Source: Selaginella moellendorffii
Lineage: Eukaryota > Plantae > Lycopodiophyta
NCBI RefSeq assembly: GCF_000143415.4
Contig: NW_003314326.1
Coordinates: 1,061,616 to 1,125,615, forward strand
Direction of reading: 5' to 3'
DNA length: 64,000 bases
The notes beneath the pieces were generated by a model. That model searched no databases and was not told the DNA's origin. It saw only the letters and a list, made by a program, of their open reading frames with translations. Positions within the stretch are counted from its first letter, which is position 1, and each line of letters opens with the position of its first letter. The position numbers and the translations under genes are program-made. Of the stretch, positions 13,730 to 28,135 are shown piece by piece.

Positions 13730-14655
13730 TGTAGCGCACCTGAATTTGAAGCCAAACTCCAAGCCTGTAACACTACAAAATAAGGGTCCAGTACAATCCC
13801 ACAAGCACCAGCTCCTCGTATCTAACATCTATATGCAAAATGGTATCAGACAGTGTCTAGCACAATTTTTGGCATACCTGTGGTCTAACGCAAGGAGGAG
13901 AGTACCCCACTGACTATAGCAGTGTGGAGCTTTGGCTTAGACCCAAGCCAGACATAGAACAAAGAGCGACACAGCCCAATAAAAGTCAAATTAATGTCTC
14001 AAGTGGTCGAACATGCATTCTAACCACTATCTCTACTATAAATTTGGAACCCCCCTATAGTGCCCACCCCCCCCCCCCCCCCAAAGAACACACGCTTTGG
14101 GCTTTCACTCTAAGCTTCCCTTAGTATCAGGAGTTAATCTCTAGGACTAACTCAAAATTTACTAAATACGGAATGGCACTAGATTGTGAATTTAGACACA
14201 GGACGAACAACATTGTGTTTAGGCCAATATCTACATTCCATAGATATGCCAAATTAACAAATCTAGACACTTTCCATAATTAACTAATGGAATGAAATGA
14301 GACCAATACAAAGGGCATGATAGCGAGGGTATTTAGCAGACACAGTAAGCTATTATGTAACGATATTGAGGGACTAAACTCAATATGGAGGGGATTCCCA
14401 ACACTAACAAGTGCAAGTCAATGAATGAATTTCTCTAACTAAGTCAAGTATGCTTGACAAATAGCATTTAGGAATTCCATCCTTATGCTCATCTGGTCAA
14501 GTGCACATACGATGACCAGTTTCTCAACTAATTTGGGTGGAGGCTATAAAAAGAACTAGCAGTACCGACCTCTTGTCATCGTGGCAGTAAGGAAAGCGTG
14601 CCTGTAAAGACTGACCAATAAGTATCTTTCGATACCCAAAGTCACATTTGCGACA
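13730..14655 (-). repeat. 3' LTR of element B
   Basis: TGTAGC...GCGACA termini; matches 37710-38523. Confidence 0.85.
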
Positions 14656-15289
14656 TTTTCCCCCCTTTAGGGAAGATCAATGTCCTCGTCGATGCACACC
14701 TGAGTCTAGCAAACCGTCAAGGAAACAATTCCAAAAGTTAACGGAAAGCACACTATATGGGAAACACACTGACTTAAATGAGTTATGGAACTACCTCTCC
14801 TCTATGTCCAAAGATGTTAAGACCTAGACACCCTTCAGTAGTCACTAATAAGGAAGCGACTAATGGAGTTAACCACCCTTGTTGCTCCGAGTACCACTCG
14901 GCTTACAAAGGAATGATACATCCCTGTCCGCAAAGATATAGGGAGAAAGCCAGAGGCCCAACTTCCCCTGAGCAAGAAATCAACCCCGTCAGAAAGATTT
15001 AGACAACTATTATAAACTGGTAGGTTAAGTTATTTAAATGACCACACCCCTTTGTCAAAAATGAGTCATTGAGAGAGAGGCAAGGACTTGTGATCAGTTT
15101 ATAATAATTATCCCTATGGGTATGGATTGAACCCATGTAGCAAAGTGCCGAAGTTAGCCTACCAAAACTAACCCAAGTACTAACGAATGAGAGAAATGAA
15201 ACTTTAATTTATAGAAATATATATATTACTTTATTGATTTGTAAGATTTATTACAAAATTTACAAAGCTATTTTTTATTACTATCCTTA

Positions 15290-18200
15290 TACTCCACCTT
15301 CCATACTAGACCAAAATCCCTTTCTCAATGAAGTAAGAGTCTTTCTTTTTCCACCATGTCCTGTTGTTGGAACATCATGATATTCCTGCAAAAACAATTG
15401 TTGTAGATCCTTAGAGGGAAAATACAATCTTTCTTGCTTATAGAATATAAACCTATCCTAAATTGAGAAGTGAAGCTTTGCATTGGTTCAACTAGTAGCA
15501 ACTTTTGCCACTTCGCTACTAGTGTCCTGCTTTGACAACTCTGCGACAGTGCAAGATTGCCTTTGCCAATGGATCACTTCCATATGAAGCCCGAACATCT
15601 TCCAACTAATCCAAACTGATTGTTGATATTGCCCGAAACTAAGCCTGACAACTCAATGTATCCAGAACAATATTGTCTTTACCAAGTTTATATATGATTT
15701 CAATATTGAATCTAGCGAGCTTCTCTTGCCAACGAGTTTGCTTCAGCATAAGCTTTGGCTATATAGCAAAGTAGCTCAGTTTATTACTATTCATATAAAC
15801 CTTGGTATGTCCACATAAATAATGTCTCCAATGTTCCAAAGTTGACACTATAACAAACATCTCTTTCTCGTGCATTGCCCATTTGTGTTGGGTTTCGTCC
15901 AATTTCTTAGAGTAAAATGCAATGGGACAACCATATCACTTTAGCGTAATACTAATTGCTTTGTCACAATCTTGCTACAACACAGCAAAAATAGCATAGC
16001 TAGATGCATCACAATGCACTTCAAAGGGTTTATTAAGATTTGGGATCCTGAGAACAGGAACCATAGTCAAGATCTCCTTCAATAGTACAAAAGCACACTG
16101 ACAAGCTAGTGTCCAATGAAATGGTATACTACTCTTTGTTAACTCAATCAACAAAATAGCAATTCTTGCAAAATTGTGAACAAATTTGCGATAGTATCTT
16201 GCTAAACCAAAAAAGGAACGAACATTTGATACAGTGGTCAAAACTTCCCAAGACTTCACCACTTCCACCTTCTTTGGATCCACCTCAATCACGCTACCAC
16301 CAACTATATGCCCAAGAAAATTCATGCACAATTGTCCAAAACCGCATTTACTTTCCTTAGCATACAATTTGTGTTTACACAACTTTTGAAACACCAGCTC
16401 CAAGTGTTTCAAATGATCCTCTAACATTTCACTAAAAATTAGAACATCGTTAATATATAGGACAACAAATGTGTCCAAATAATTTCTGAATATTCTATCC
16501 ATCATAGTGCTGAATGTTGCCGGAGCATTACATAACCCAAACGGCATGATAAAGAACTCATAAGACCTGTACCAAGTCTTAAAAGCTATCATCTCCACAT
16601 CTTGATCTGCTACATGTATCTAATGATACCCAAATCGCAAATCAAGCCGCGTAAAATACTTAGCTTTTAAGAGATTGTCAAACATGTCATCAATGCGAGG
16701 CAAAGGATAACTATTTTTTACCATGACCTTGTTAAGTGCCTGATAGTCAATATACATCCTTATGGTTCCATCCTTTTTCATAAGAAAAAAGTCTGGCACT
16801 CTATAAGGTGACTTGCCTGGTCAGACATGACCTTTGTCAAGAAGCTCCGTGAGTTGCTTCTTAAGTTCAGCCATTTCCTTGATGTTTAAACGATATGGAG
16901 CAGTTTTGCAAGTGGTTTAGAACCTGGAATGACCTCAATCCAATGATCAAACTCACAACTAGGTGGTAGCCCTGGTGGTAAATCCTTCGGAAACATATCC
17001 TGATTCCTTGCCAACAACTCCAATATCTTCTTTGGTACAGGATCAACCCCATCGCCAATTCGAATTGAGTCACCAACACTCTCAGCTTCCATCACTTGAA
17101 CCCAAAAGGTTTGACATCCCTTTTTAGCTGCTTTTTGAGTGGCTCTTACAGTCAGGAACTTAGCATCCCAATCCTTTGAGGAGCGCTTTTGCAACTGGAA
17201 GGACACATTAAGATGTCCTTCTAATTTCAATGTGATACGACTTTGTCTAGCACCATAAATCCCTTTAATATATTTGTTGAAGAAATCTATACCAAACACC
17301 ATTTGAAAATCTGGTATCTTTAACATTACTAAGTCCACTCTTTCTTTCCACTTGGATATTTTATTGGAACATCACTCACAAATTTTCTGGCTACTTGCCC
17401 ACCTTCCGCAAATCGGAAGTGTATGGGTGACATCTGCTCAGCATTCAATCCTAACAACTTAACTAAGTCTTCAGATATCACACTGTTTGTAGCTCCCGTG
17501 TCAATCATCACTTGGATTTGGTGTCCACAGACAAAGCCTACTATATATATCAATAGATCAGTATTTGCATTGATTGCGAGAAAAGCTTGAGGAAAGCAAT
17601 GAAAGTAACTCATCTCCTTCTCCTCATAGTCTGCATTGACCAACTCATCAACCCCTTCATCTTCACCACCACCGTCTTCCCTTATAACATTAATACAAGA
17701 CCTTGTCTTATGTTTGTTGGGACATTCCAAGGATTTATGTTTAAACTCTCCACAATAGAAGCAATAACCCACACTACCCATTTTGCTAGGAGTAGGTTTT
17801 GTAGGTTATTGATGCTTGTACTCACCAAGAAGAGGAATAGAGAGCCTAGAACTAGAAAAAGCTACTGGTGGTCTCCAACCACCACCACCTTTGTTAACCA
17901 TTGTGTGTGAGCTTCTAGGGCGGAACTGTCCTTTCACCCTTTGTTTCCGATCACTTTGTTTATTCCCAAAATTCTTATTCTTGTCCAAGGTACTAGCATA
18001 TGGCTGTTGATATTGTTCCATGAGCGAGTGATTAAAGGAACTTGTTGTGCTACCTCCTTACACTCCAGGTACGTCTTTGGCTTAAACTTCAAAATCTCAT
18101 TGTGAGAAAGTGAATTTAAACCCTCCAAAAAATAACTTCAAGCATCTTTGTCACTTATATTTGCAATCATAATGTGCTTCTGAGCAAATGCATTAACGTA
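15290..18200 (-). pseudogene. Element B gag(3')-protease-RT-RNase H, decayed; most of integrase deleted
   Basis: CFYCGEFKHKSLEC zinc knuckle, IDTGAT protease, FIMPFGLCNAPATF and YINDVL RT, VHCDAS RNase H. Confidence 0.92.
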
Positions 18201-18608
18201 AGTAAGACTTGGGAATTAGAAGGTCCCATGATCAAATCTTATTGTACCAAGGAATGTTAGGAACCTGGAGGCTTGGTGTGCTTGGCTACTTGTGCCTGCG
18301 GGGAGTGTAGCTAAACCTTAAGTCCAATCTAATCCAGGGAGGGGGATTGGGAGAGATTTGGGAATTCGTGGATGGATGGCTAACGCTCCATTACTTGTGC
18401 AGTGAGTAGCTGAAACCAAGTAGGACCAAGTAGGAGTTGGTATAATAGGTGAGAACCTTGGCGAGGGAACTTAGCTAAAAGCTAAGATAGTGTTGATCGG
18501 ATAGGCGAGGTAAGTTAGCAAATTTGAAAGGAAAAATTTGTGGCTTACAATTTGGTATTGGAGCTTTTTCCTGAGTTCTATCGAAAGATAAAGGTGGATT
18601 GCCGGGAG

Positions 18609-20740
18609 ATGGCAAAGGCAGGGCAGAAATGAACCAAGGCGGAGATGGAACCTCCTTCAGAGTTGGAGCCTTTGGTCGAACAAAAGGCTATGGATGAGGG
18701 ATCCATGCATGAGGAAGATTCCAGTGAGGAAACCTTCAAACAGGAGTCTAGTGGTGAGGTTCAGTCATCCAAGGCTTGATTGGACATTCTAGAAAGACAA
18801 TTGGCATAGACCAATGCCCTGCTGGAGACTCTCATACACAATCTAAAATGTGACGAGAAGCGGAAGAAAAGGCAAAAGACTACGGATGCTAGCAACACAG
18901 AAGGTGCGGACCCTTTGGTAGGGACTGAGGCAGAACCAAACAAGGTCAAACAGACCAAAGTGGAATCAGTCCCTCAGGCAGTTCCCAAGTACAAACTAAA
19001 GACCCCACCGGTCTTCAAGGGAGTGAATGATTATAAGGTGGTGGAGGATTTGTTTTACGATATGAAGGACTACTTTCGAGCATTGCAGTTACCGAGCTTG
19101 GAAAAGGTCTTATGTGCAAGACCATACTTGGCAGATAATGCCAAGTCTTGGTGGAGAACGATAGAGGCTAACGAAGGACTAGTGGCCACTTGGGAAATGA
19201 TAAAGGTGAGGATCCGCGCAACTTATGTTCCTCCGAATGCTACTCTGCATCTAAAGGATGAGCTGAGTAGGCTGAAATAAACTAGAACCATTCAAGAATA
19301 TGTGAATGGGTTTATGGCAAAAAGGATACTTGTCACAGATATGGGTGATATGGATGCGTTCTATGCCTTCATATCAGGCTTGCAAACCTGGGCTCGCAGC
19401 GAGGTGATGCGTTGGAACCCGACCAACTACAAGGAAGCGTTGGATGTGGCTATCAAGGTGCATTTCAATGATAACCTGCGAAAGAGGAACATAACGGGGT
19501 CGGAGTCCACGTTTAGCAAAGGGGCCAAACCAAGGGGAACATATAGCATAGGGAAATTCAAGAGGAGTTTCTCTAAGAATGAGTCCTCGGGTCGGGGTTC
19601 AGGAAAGGCAAATCCAGTGGCCAGTGAGCAAGTACGTGGGGGAGTCAAGTAAAAAGAGACAAACCCACAATTAAGAAGGTCAAGTTTGTTAGTAGTATGG
19701 GAAACAACATATGCTACAACTGCGGTGAAGCGGGACACTTTTCGAGGGAATGTCCCTACCCAAAGAAAGCCAGAGCCAATATGGCCATTAAGTCGGGTGA
19801 AATTCAAATTGAGGTATGTGATCTAGTCCCTAGCTCAAAGTTATTCATTACACAAACAACTTTGGTAGAGAGTCATTCGGGACATCTACTAGCCCTCTGA
19901 GAGAAGCTTGGAGGCAGCTTTGTTAAGATCCTTATTGACACAGGTGCTTCGGATAATTTTGTGGCTACAGACATAGTCCGGCAAGCCGGACTAACCGTGT
20001 AGTGGCTGGGTGAACCAAGGACGATAGAGTTTGTTCAAAGTAGCCAAAGCACCGATGAGATACTTCAACAAGTGAAAGTCAAAGTAGAGACATGGAAAGT
20101 AGATATGAATTTCACCATGTTGGACATGGCGGTATTTAACGTAATCTTCGGGATGGATTGGTTCAATCAATTTGTAGTAGCCCTGCATGGACAAAGTAGG
20201 AACCTTGTGGTACTGGCAAATGCCCGGGGAGAACAATCCAGAGTGGAAGCCTAGGATCTAAAGGTAGGGCAATATAAGGCCAAAGACTCCTACTTAAACC
20301 TGGTGTCCACGAGAGGACAATTCACTAAAGGAACGAAGGTAGCATTTTTATGCTTACTCTCAGTGAAGAGTGACAAAAAGACGGGAATGAAAGAAGTAAA
20401 TTTAGTGATCCAACGGATGTTAGACCAATTTTAGGATACCATGCTAGAGGAGCTACCGGCAAGGTTGCCTCTCGCACAACCGATAGAACACAAGATTGAG
20501 CTGGTCGAGGGTGCTAAGGTGGTAGTTTGTCCCCCCTATTGTTTGAATGAAAAGGAACTCGAAGAGCTCAAGTGCCAACTAGAAGAGTTGGTGGACAAAG
20601 GGTATGTTAAGTTGAGCAAGTCACCGTATGGGGCGCCAATGTTATTTGTGAAAAAGAAAGATGGATCTATGCACATGTGCATAAACTATTGGTTGCTCAA
20701 CAAGTATATAAAGAAGAACAAGTACCCTTTGCCAAGGATT
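18609..20740 (+). pseudogene. Element A gag-protease-RT(5')
   Basis: [39 protein letters not shown]...KYPLPRI; multiple stops. Confidence 0.9.
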
Positions 20741-20764
20741 AAGCTCTATTTCGTTAAAGTGGGA
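20741..20764 (+). repeat. Left TIR
   Basis: AAGCTCTATTTCGTTAAAGTGGGA. Confidence 0.97.
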
Positions 20765-21181
20765 ATTGTCATTATCCCACTTGTAAAATAAGGTTTCCAA
20801 ACTTTTATATAGTATATAAATATAACAAAATTCAACTGCATTGAGGCACATGCCATTTTATTTTAAACAAAGAAATGTCTACTCAATCACTTCTCACTGC
20901 TTCACCTCTCTCTTCTCCTTGTCATCGTCGTCCAATTTCTTTCCATCCTTTTAATATTGGCTCAGTTGCTCCGAGTCTAGGTGGAGCCCAAGTCCCCATT
21001 CAATCTTTACTTTCCCCTTATTAATAAAACAACTTCGTAGACTTCCAATAACATGCTGTAACACGCTGTAACACTTCTAGTATAATGCAAATCCTCTCAA
21101 AGAATTGTCTTTTAATATTAATACAATGGCATGGAACCCCATGCCATAATAAGTTACATTTTTAAATAAATACATGCCATC

Positions 21182-24100
21182 TCAGACTGTTATTTTTTGC
21201 CTCCAACGCCTATACAATAATCTTGGAATTTCATCACTCTCCACACTATCAGGATTTAAACCCAATAGTAATGCCATCTCTTCTCTAATACGTCCACGCT
21301 CATGTTCAGTGGTCGAAGAACCCATCCGGTTGAGCAGATTATGGAGATGCGGATAATGCTTGGCTAGACAATATACATGCCATAAATGATGACTGGTGTC
21401 TGTCCGATCAAATGGCTTCTGATATACCGTTCCATCTGCCATTTGGTTGATTTCTGCAGCCACCTCCTGGACTGGCCGGTTCTCTATCACCATCGCTTCA
21501 AGCCGTTTTGCAAGGTCCCCCAGAACATACGGTTTCTTCTCCCTAGTTTCCATACTGCAAGAGATGGGGTGCACTGCATATGTGTGCGTGTTCGCTGCAG
21601 TTTTAATCGGCGAGTCATCGATGATGAGGATTTCACTTGACCTAGCAGTCCGGTTCATCACTACAGCCTCTGCCTTGACGAAGATGGGCTTGCTACCCCT
21701 CACATGGACCATAATCAAGCAATCCTCCTGCGTTAGGAGAAAGTCAAATGGTAATATTACTCGCGTCTGATCGTGCATCATCTGTAGCAACGTTAATGCA
21801 TTGTGGCGCATCATGGATGTCCAAACTCCCAATTGCAAATTGAACCCGGCCCTCTGTTTTAAGTGTCGCATGGTCATTATTAGATCCCGCAGTTTCTCCC
21901 GTGTGATTAATGTGAATCTGTCTCTTTTGACCAACTTGCGACCGCAGGCTTTGGAGGGTGCAGTGACATTCGAGGACGAGCCACGCTCATGGGAGAAAAG
22001 GACACCGTTCAGATCAAAAACGATATAGTACTTTCGCCGTGACTCTGAAATGAAATGCGTTAGCATAAAAAATGGTACAAGTCAATTTTACCATCTACAA
22101 TATTAGCGAATGGTGCTCCCGATGGTCGTTGAGAGGGTTTTGGTCGAGGAAACGTGAAGGGCGGAAATACTCTCCTCTGCAATGTGGGGTCAATCGCATC
22201 CGATGGCGTGTGGGCACATGCCATTTCAGCTGTAGACTCTGGTACAACTGGCTCAACAGTGGCATGGGGTGGTTCCGATGGCGTGTGATCACACGCCATT
22301 TCAGCTGGTGCCTCCGTTGGCAAAGTGGACATGACTGAACAGGCAGCAGGGGCGGTGTAGGGAGGTTCCAACGGCGCGTAGTCAGACGATTGGGCACACG
22401 TTGGAAATGAGGATACGACCGGCTCGGCGGCTGGGGCGGCCTCATGCGGGTCCAATGGCGCCTGGTCACCGTCAGTTGGATACGTGGACAAGATTGACTC
22501 AGTGGTATGGGCAGCATCAAGTGGAGCGTGGTCAGCTTGCTTGGTGTTGATATGGATAGTAGCCTCCACCAGCTCTGATGACTCTTGCAGGCAAGTAGAG
22601 TCCACTGGCGGATCCATATGCATGTCCAAATATCTCCCTTCGATTGAGATGGTATCCTCCCGTGCTACTAAAAACAAACTCATTAGCACATTGAATCGAC
22701 TATACTGTATTTACCATCAACTGCTATTGAGGAACTAGGACCGATATCACTTGGGCGCACTGCTGATTCTGAAGGATTGGACATACGTTTCGACCCTTGC
22801 TTGGCACTATCCTTCCTCGACACTAAAGGCTAGAGTTTGTATCTTAATTCAACTGAATAATCTCTACTTACCATTTCTTCTGCGACCTACATGGACAATG
22901 TTAGAAATGGTAAAAGGTTAGGAATGGATGTACTATTATTTACCTGATGGTTTGTCTTGTATGACCTTCCTCCGCTGCTCTTTGGCCACCTCAGGCTGGC
23001 CATCATCGTCATCATCGTCATCGTCGTTATTGTGATCGTCACTATTGTGAGGACCATCCAAGTCCTCTTCGTCCTCCTCTTCTTCGTCCTCCTCTTCTTT
23101 GTCCTCCTCTTCGTCCTTCTGCTCTTCCTGCTCATTATCTTTCTCTGGCTCCTCATCCCCCTCTTGCATTTCTTCCATAGGCTGCTCAGGCTGGATTGCT
23201 TGTTTTTCCAGGACCATCTTGGAAAAATCATCTGGCCGAGTCTCCATCTCAAAATACAAGACATCCATAGCCTGTTTTAGTGCGTGACCTAGGACCGTAT
23301 CCTCACCCGACTGTCTTAACATGGTTTCTGCACGTTCTTGCACCCTTCGAAGACGACGAGATGAGAAAAACGTGGCCCTGACTTGAAAAGCATCCCTCAT
23401 CCATTGTACCTCTCCATTGAGATTGGGGAAGGGGAGTCCGCCATAGGAATCTGAGTCAGAAGGTGGTGACTGGCTCCTTTCACTCAGCCCTTGATCTGCA
23501 ATGAATGGCATGAGCACACACGCCATAACCGCGAGGCATTACCTATCATCTTTTCGTTGCCCTTCTTCCTTTTTGAATCAAACGCCTCTGATCCCGACGA
23601 CTGTCCAACGTGCTTTCGCTTTTTATGACCACTGTCAGTTTGAGCTTGGCTGGTGCTTGCCTGTTTTGCCTTTGAAGAAGTGTCTCCTGCAAGGAATGGC
23701 ATGAGACCACACGCCATTGCAAATATAATTTGTACCTCCTTTTTTCCTATTGCTTGTCTGTTTGTCCTTCTTCGACGCGCCACCAGTGCGCTTTTCAGTC
23801 CTCGTGTCTGAATATTCACAACGATCTATAATCAAAATGGCGTGAGGCCTCACGTGACCTTACCTTGTGCAGGTTGTGACCTCGGCCTAACATCAGTAGC
23901 TGTTAACGCCGTTTCAGCATCTGGGGGTGGCCACGCTCCTGCATACAGAGCTTGTGAGATAACATTTAAACTTAAAGTACGTACTCACCAGGTTCGTAGA
24001 GAAGATACTGTTTTTCTTTGGCAACTGTAATTATATGCTCCATTGAAGTCACCTCTTCAATGGAGTTTGTCACCGCAACACACGGGACACCCTTGAGTAG

Positions 24101-26449
24101 TGCGGCTCGAAAGAATAGTCCGCCGCAGTTGTACTCGACAACGCATTTGCCCTTGGAGTCACCCGCTATTGCGTTGAAGACCCAGCTGAGCATTTCCCAT
24201 GCTGCACCTAGAGCTTTCTTTGGATTCGAAAGCTCCATAGCCGTCTTCAGTTCCTCAGGCACGGGTAAATTGACCTCCCTCAGATCAATTCGATCGGCTT
24301 TGTTGAACGAAGCTGGGAAGTCACTCCAGTCCCACTCTACTGCAGGACCAATAACAAGGGCGACTGTGAAGATGCGGACATTCGTCGGCATCTTCTTCTT
24401 AGCCATTATCCCATGGATCTCCCGCATCTCCTTGCCTTTCAACCGAGCCTTCACCTCGTTCAAGGCCTTCCAGAACTTGTGATAGGATTCGGAGTCGTAG
24501 ATCATATAGTGGACTGAAGATTCCACCTCCGCAAGTCCCACCATTAAGTCAATGATGGAGCTGACTTCGTCTGCATGAGTGATCTCCTCGTTTGTGAAGT
24601 CCATCACACAAAAGATGTTCTTGACCTGCTCATCTCCGCGGGAAACGATGCTCCTCCACCTTTGATCCTCATCCGAATTCACGTATACCCGGTAAGGTTC
24701 TCGATAGGCCTCTGCTGCGGGGTCGAGCTGTTTCTGAAGCCGGCGGTCGACATCCCTCTTAATGAAATTTGGATACTGATCCAACTTCTCAGCTTTACTT
24801 TTCGTGGCATCCCGCAGCAGATCGATGAACTTGGGGGCCCCCTTCACGTACTCGTCGATGTCTTCATTTGACAAGTCCAGCTCTTCCATCATCTCTTGCG
24901 TGGTGTCGATGCTCACCCTCGCCACGGCCACTTGCTCGAAGATCCAATCCTTCAATAGCGCACGAGCTCTCAGAGTCGTGCACAAGTCCTCGTATGTCAC
25001 AATATGGCCGGGAGTCATTTTGGTCTTGTTGAAGACTACCTCACCACGTAGAAGAGCATTAGCCACTGTCAGAAGGTCGTCGTCGTCTAGAGACCGCGAG
25101 AAACGCAAGGCGTTGAGCTTCAAATCATTGGGCTTCCGGCCGTCCTCCACACCCATTGAGTTTAGCAACTCCCCGTCATGGTACCTCCTTAGCACATCTA
25201 CCCATTTGTCAAAAACAACTTTTGTCGCGAGTAGAATGTTATGGATGCTGAGTGTGTCATTGACCCCCAGTGTTTTCGAGAGAAGACTCGAGAATTCCTG
25301 CAATGGAAATGGCGTGAGGCCACATGCTATGCCACATGTAACGAGGCTTACCTGCCAAGCGCTAGTTGCTAGTGCACGTCCTTGTCCTGGTTTTTGTGGC
25401 TTCTTCAGTTGAACCCAGAGCTTCCGTGTTCGTGCCAATATCTTGTGCAGACCCGATTTGTAGCACGTTTCTTGCTTGACATTCTGCGCGTGGGAGATGT
25501 ATATGATAGATCGGAGGGGCGAGTTGCCTTTTATCAGGCGGACAACTCTTGTCTTGAAGACTTTCTTCACCTCCTCGCCCACCATAATATCCACAACTAT
25601 CTGTTGCATCGCCAAGCTAGAATGCTGCTCGGAGACGGCATAGAACCGGATGTTCTGATCGTCCAACACCTTCCTATTGATCAAGTCTGGAAACCTCGTC
25701 TCGCCCTTCATTGTTCGGTAGTAGGGGATCACGTCTGCGATGTCGGGTGTTACTGGACTTGCCAGCATCTTCTGCTTCAGTTTCTCCACCCACTCATCAG
25801 ATACTAGCCTGTGGTTGTATTTGCTTTGGATCTCGATACGGCTCACGTCGATTGTATATACTTTGTTGGAATAGTAACAAGTACTATTATCTGCGACGAT
25901 TTTTGCTGCCTCTTCTTGCTCTTTCTGCTCTTTGCGGCTCTTCTTTTTGGTGGGTGTAGTGTTCGAACCCGAGGCAATGGCATCACCGAGTAGCTTCTTT
26001 TTTGGAGCAGCAGAGTCGGACGTCAGCTTGAGCTTGACCACCCTTTTCTGCTTCGGGGTAGTTTCCAGATCGACCCCCTTCCCCTTCGCTTCGCAAACTG
26101 GAGGCACTCTCAACGGCTCAATGTTGGAATATAGTTTTTGAACATCGCCGTAGGTGAGGTCCGTGGATTCCATGTGATCTTCATAGACCCGCAGCGTCTT
26201 TGAAATTGTGGGCCTCCTGGACAACCTCTCCCTAGCTCCCTCTGGGAATTCCTCATAGCCGCTGCCCCCCTCCGGGAAGCCGCTAGGATGTGCAAGGTGG
26301 ATCTTGAAGGCGGACGCTGTCTCTACCACAAGTGCCAGTCCATATTCTTGCATGGAACTGCATGGAGTGTCTGTCACTTGGATGAGGATCCCCATGCATT
26401 CTTTTCTCCCACCATCTGTGTTGTATAGCATCAGATCCTTGCCTTCCAT
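21182..26449 (-). CDS. Transposon accessory protein, ~1600 aa: ParB-like, MTase-like (degenerate), acidic/basic linker, FCP1/SCP-like HAD phosphatase
   Basis: Nine GT-AG introns (25298-25351, 23939-23988, 23808-23863, 23687-23735, 23496-23542, 22887-22943, 22823-22871, 22668-22714, 22045-22091) join the ORFs into one stop-free frame; motifs FYAVSEQHSSLA, VVEYNCGG...AALLKG, IVFDLNGVL/VWTS/IIDDSPIK. Start codon uncertain (further upstream introns 26485-26531, 26590-26635). Confidence 0.75.
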
Positions 26450-26759
26450 CCCGAAAGTCCAACTGGTGAGCTCCTCCCCCTTCTCTGCATCCACATTGAC
26501 AGTGGCTGGAAGAAAGACCTAAAAGACTTACCATTTGAAGCCGAATGGAGGCCGTGACAATCGAGGCCGGACTCGCTGGCGAATGTGCACTGTGTGTGCA
26601 GCGGATCGTAGCAGCAAGGCTACTCTGCCACTTACAGTTGGAGAGTGGTGCTGAAATCTCCCGGGACGCCAAGTGGGCTGCGTGTGGGTGGCGGAGTGGG
26701 CGGCGGAGTTGGCGGCGAAGTTACAAACTGGGTGTGTCTTGAAGTGGACGCCGATGCAC

Positions 26760-26922
26760 ACGAGCGCGATGCGAGCGCGAGTGTGATGCAAGCGCGAGTG
26801 GACGCCGATGCACACGAGAAACCTGTAGAGAAGTGAGCGTGATCGTGAGTGGGAGCGCGATGCGAGCGGGAGCGCGAGTGTGATGCGAGCGCGAGCGCGA
26901 GCGCGAGTGTGCGAGCGCGAGT
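26760..26922. repeat. CpG-rich (GCGA/GCGCGA)n low-complexity tract in the divergent promoter region
   Basis: GCGAGCGCGAGCGCGAGTGTG repeats. Confidence 0.8.
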
Positions 26923-28135
26923 ACAAAGCAAAATGCAAAACCTAACCTCACACGCGCGAAATGTCACAACGGTTGGTAATCCCGCCACGTCATCATTCCT
27001 CGGACTTGGGCGGCACCATTAATTTCTGGATTGCCGCGCGCATGCAAGCACGCAAAATCCAAAAGAAATCCGCAACGTCATCATTCCTCGGACTGCATGC
27101 ACGCGAAATCCAAAAGAAAGATCATGATTGGGATATCATTTAATACCCTCGCTATATTTATACCATGCATGATTGGATATTCCAAAGCATCTTGTATTTC
27201 CAAAAATGGCAGATGTTCAGCTAAATAAAGAAATTCTATCTGTTTCTATTTTTCTCTCAAATCAATATTATAGCGTGTGGGCTCATGCAATTTTGAACCA
27301 AAGAAACCCAAAAAACGTTGGACCCAAAATATTTTGAAAAAACCCAAAAAACCCTAAACATTTTAAACCCAAAAATCCAGGCGTCCTGTGGCGTTATTCC
27401 TTGAATGGCGTGTGGGCGCATGCCATTTTCAGGGCCAAATGCTGAATGGAGAAAAATTCCCTTTCAGTGCAAATGCTGCAAGAGGCAGATGCCGAGCACA
27501 AAGGACTGTAACTACCTCACATGACACAGATAAACTTTTCTCTATTTGGCAAAGATAAACTTTATAGCGTGTGGGCTCATGCAATTTTGAACCCAAAAAA
27601 TGCACTAAAAAATTCTCGGCGTCATCTGGCATTATCTCTTGAATGGCGTGGGGCCGCATGCCATTTTTAGGGGCACATAGGAGTATATTCCTAGGATATT
27701 CTAACACGCGCGAGATTTTTTTGAGTTTTCTGGAGATCCAACCGTTAGATCGCAACTAGATTTTACAGAATGGTATACAATGTCTTTCTTGATGACCCTG
27801 CAAAGAAGCATCTCGATCGGACACCACATGAGACCACACGAGCCTTACAATGTTTCAGGGGCATTTGCCATAGATCCGACCGTTATTTTGCTCCAAGATT
27901 TTACAGTTTGGTGTGCATTGACCTTTCCATCGAAACTGCAAAGGGACATCACAATCAGATGCGGGATCACAAGAAACTAACTTCACTAACTCTGGTTTCA
28001 CCAAGATCTACGTAAGGAGTTATGAAATGAAAGGACCCTCTATTGAAATGTGTTTATGGTCCTAGGGGCATTGTGACATATCAAAGGATTTTGCATCAAG
28101 TTCTGTATTTGCATGTTTATCAAGCTACTGAATTG

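Noticed and set aside
24018-26141. Plus-strand ORFs overlapping the accessory gene
   Set aside because: Antisense shadows of a GC-rich coding frame
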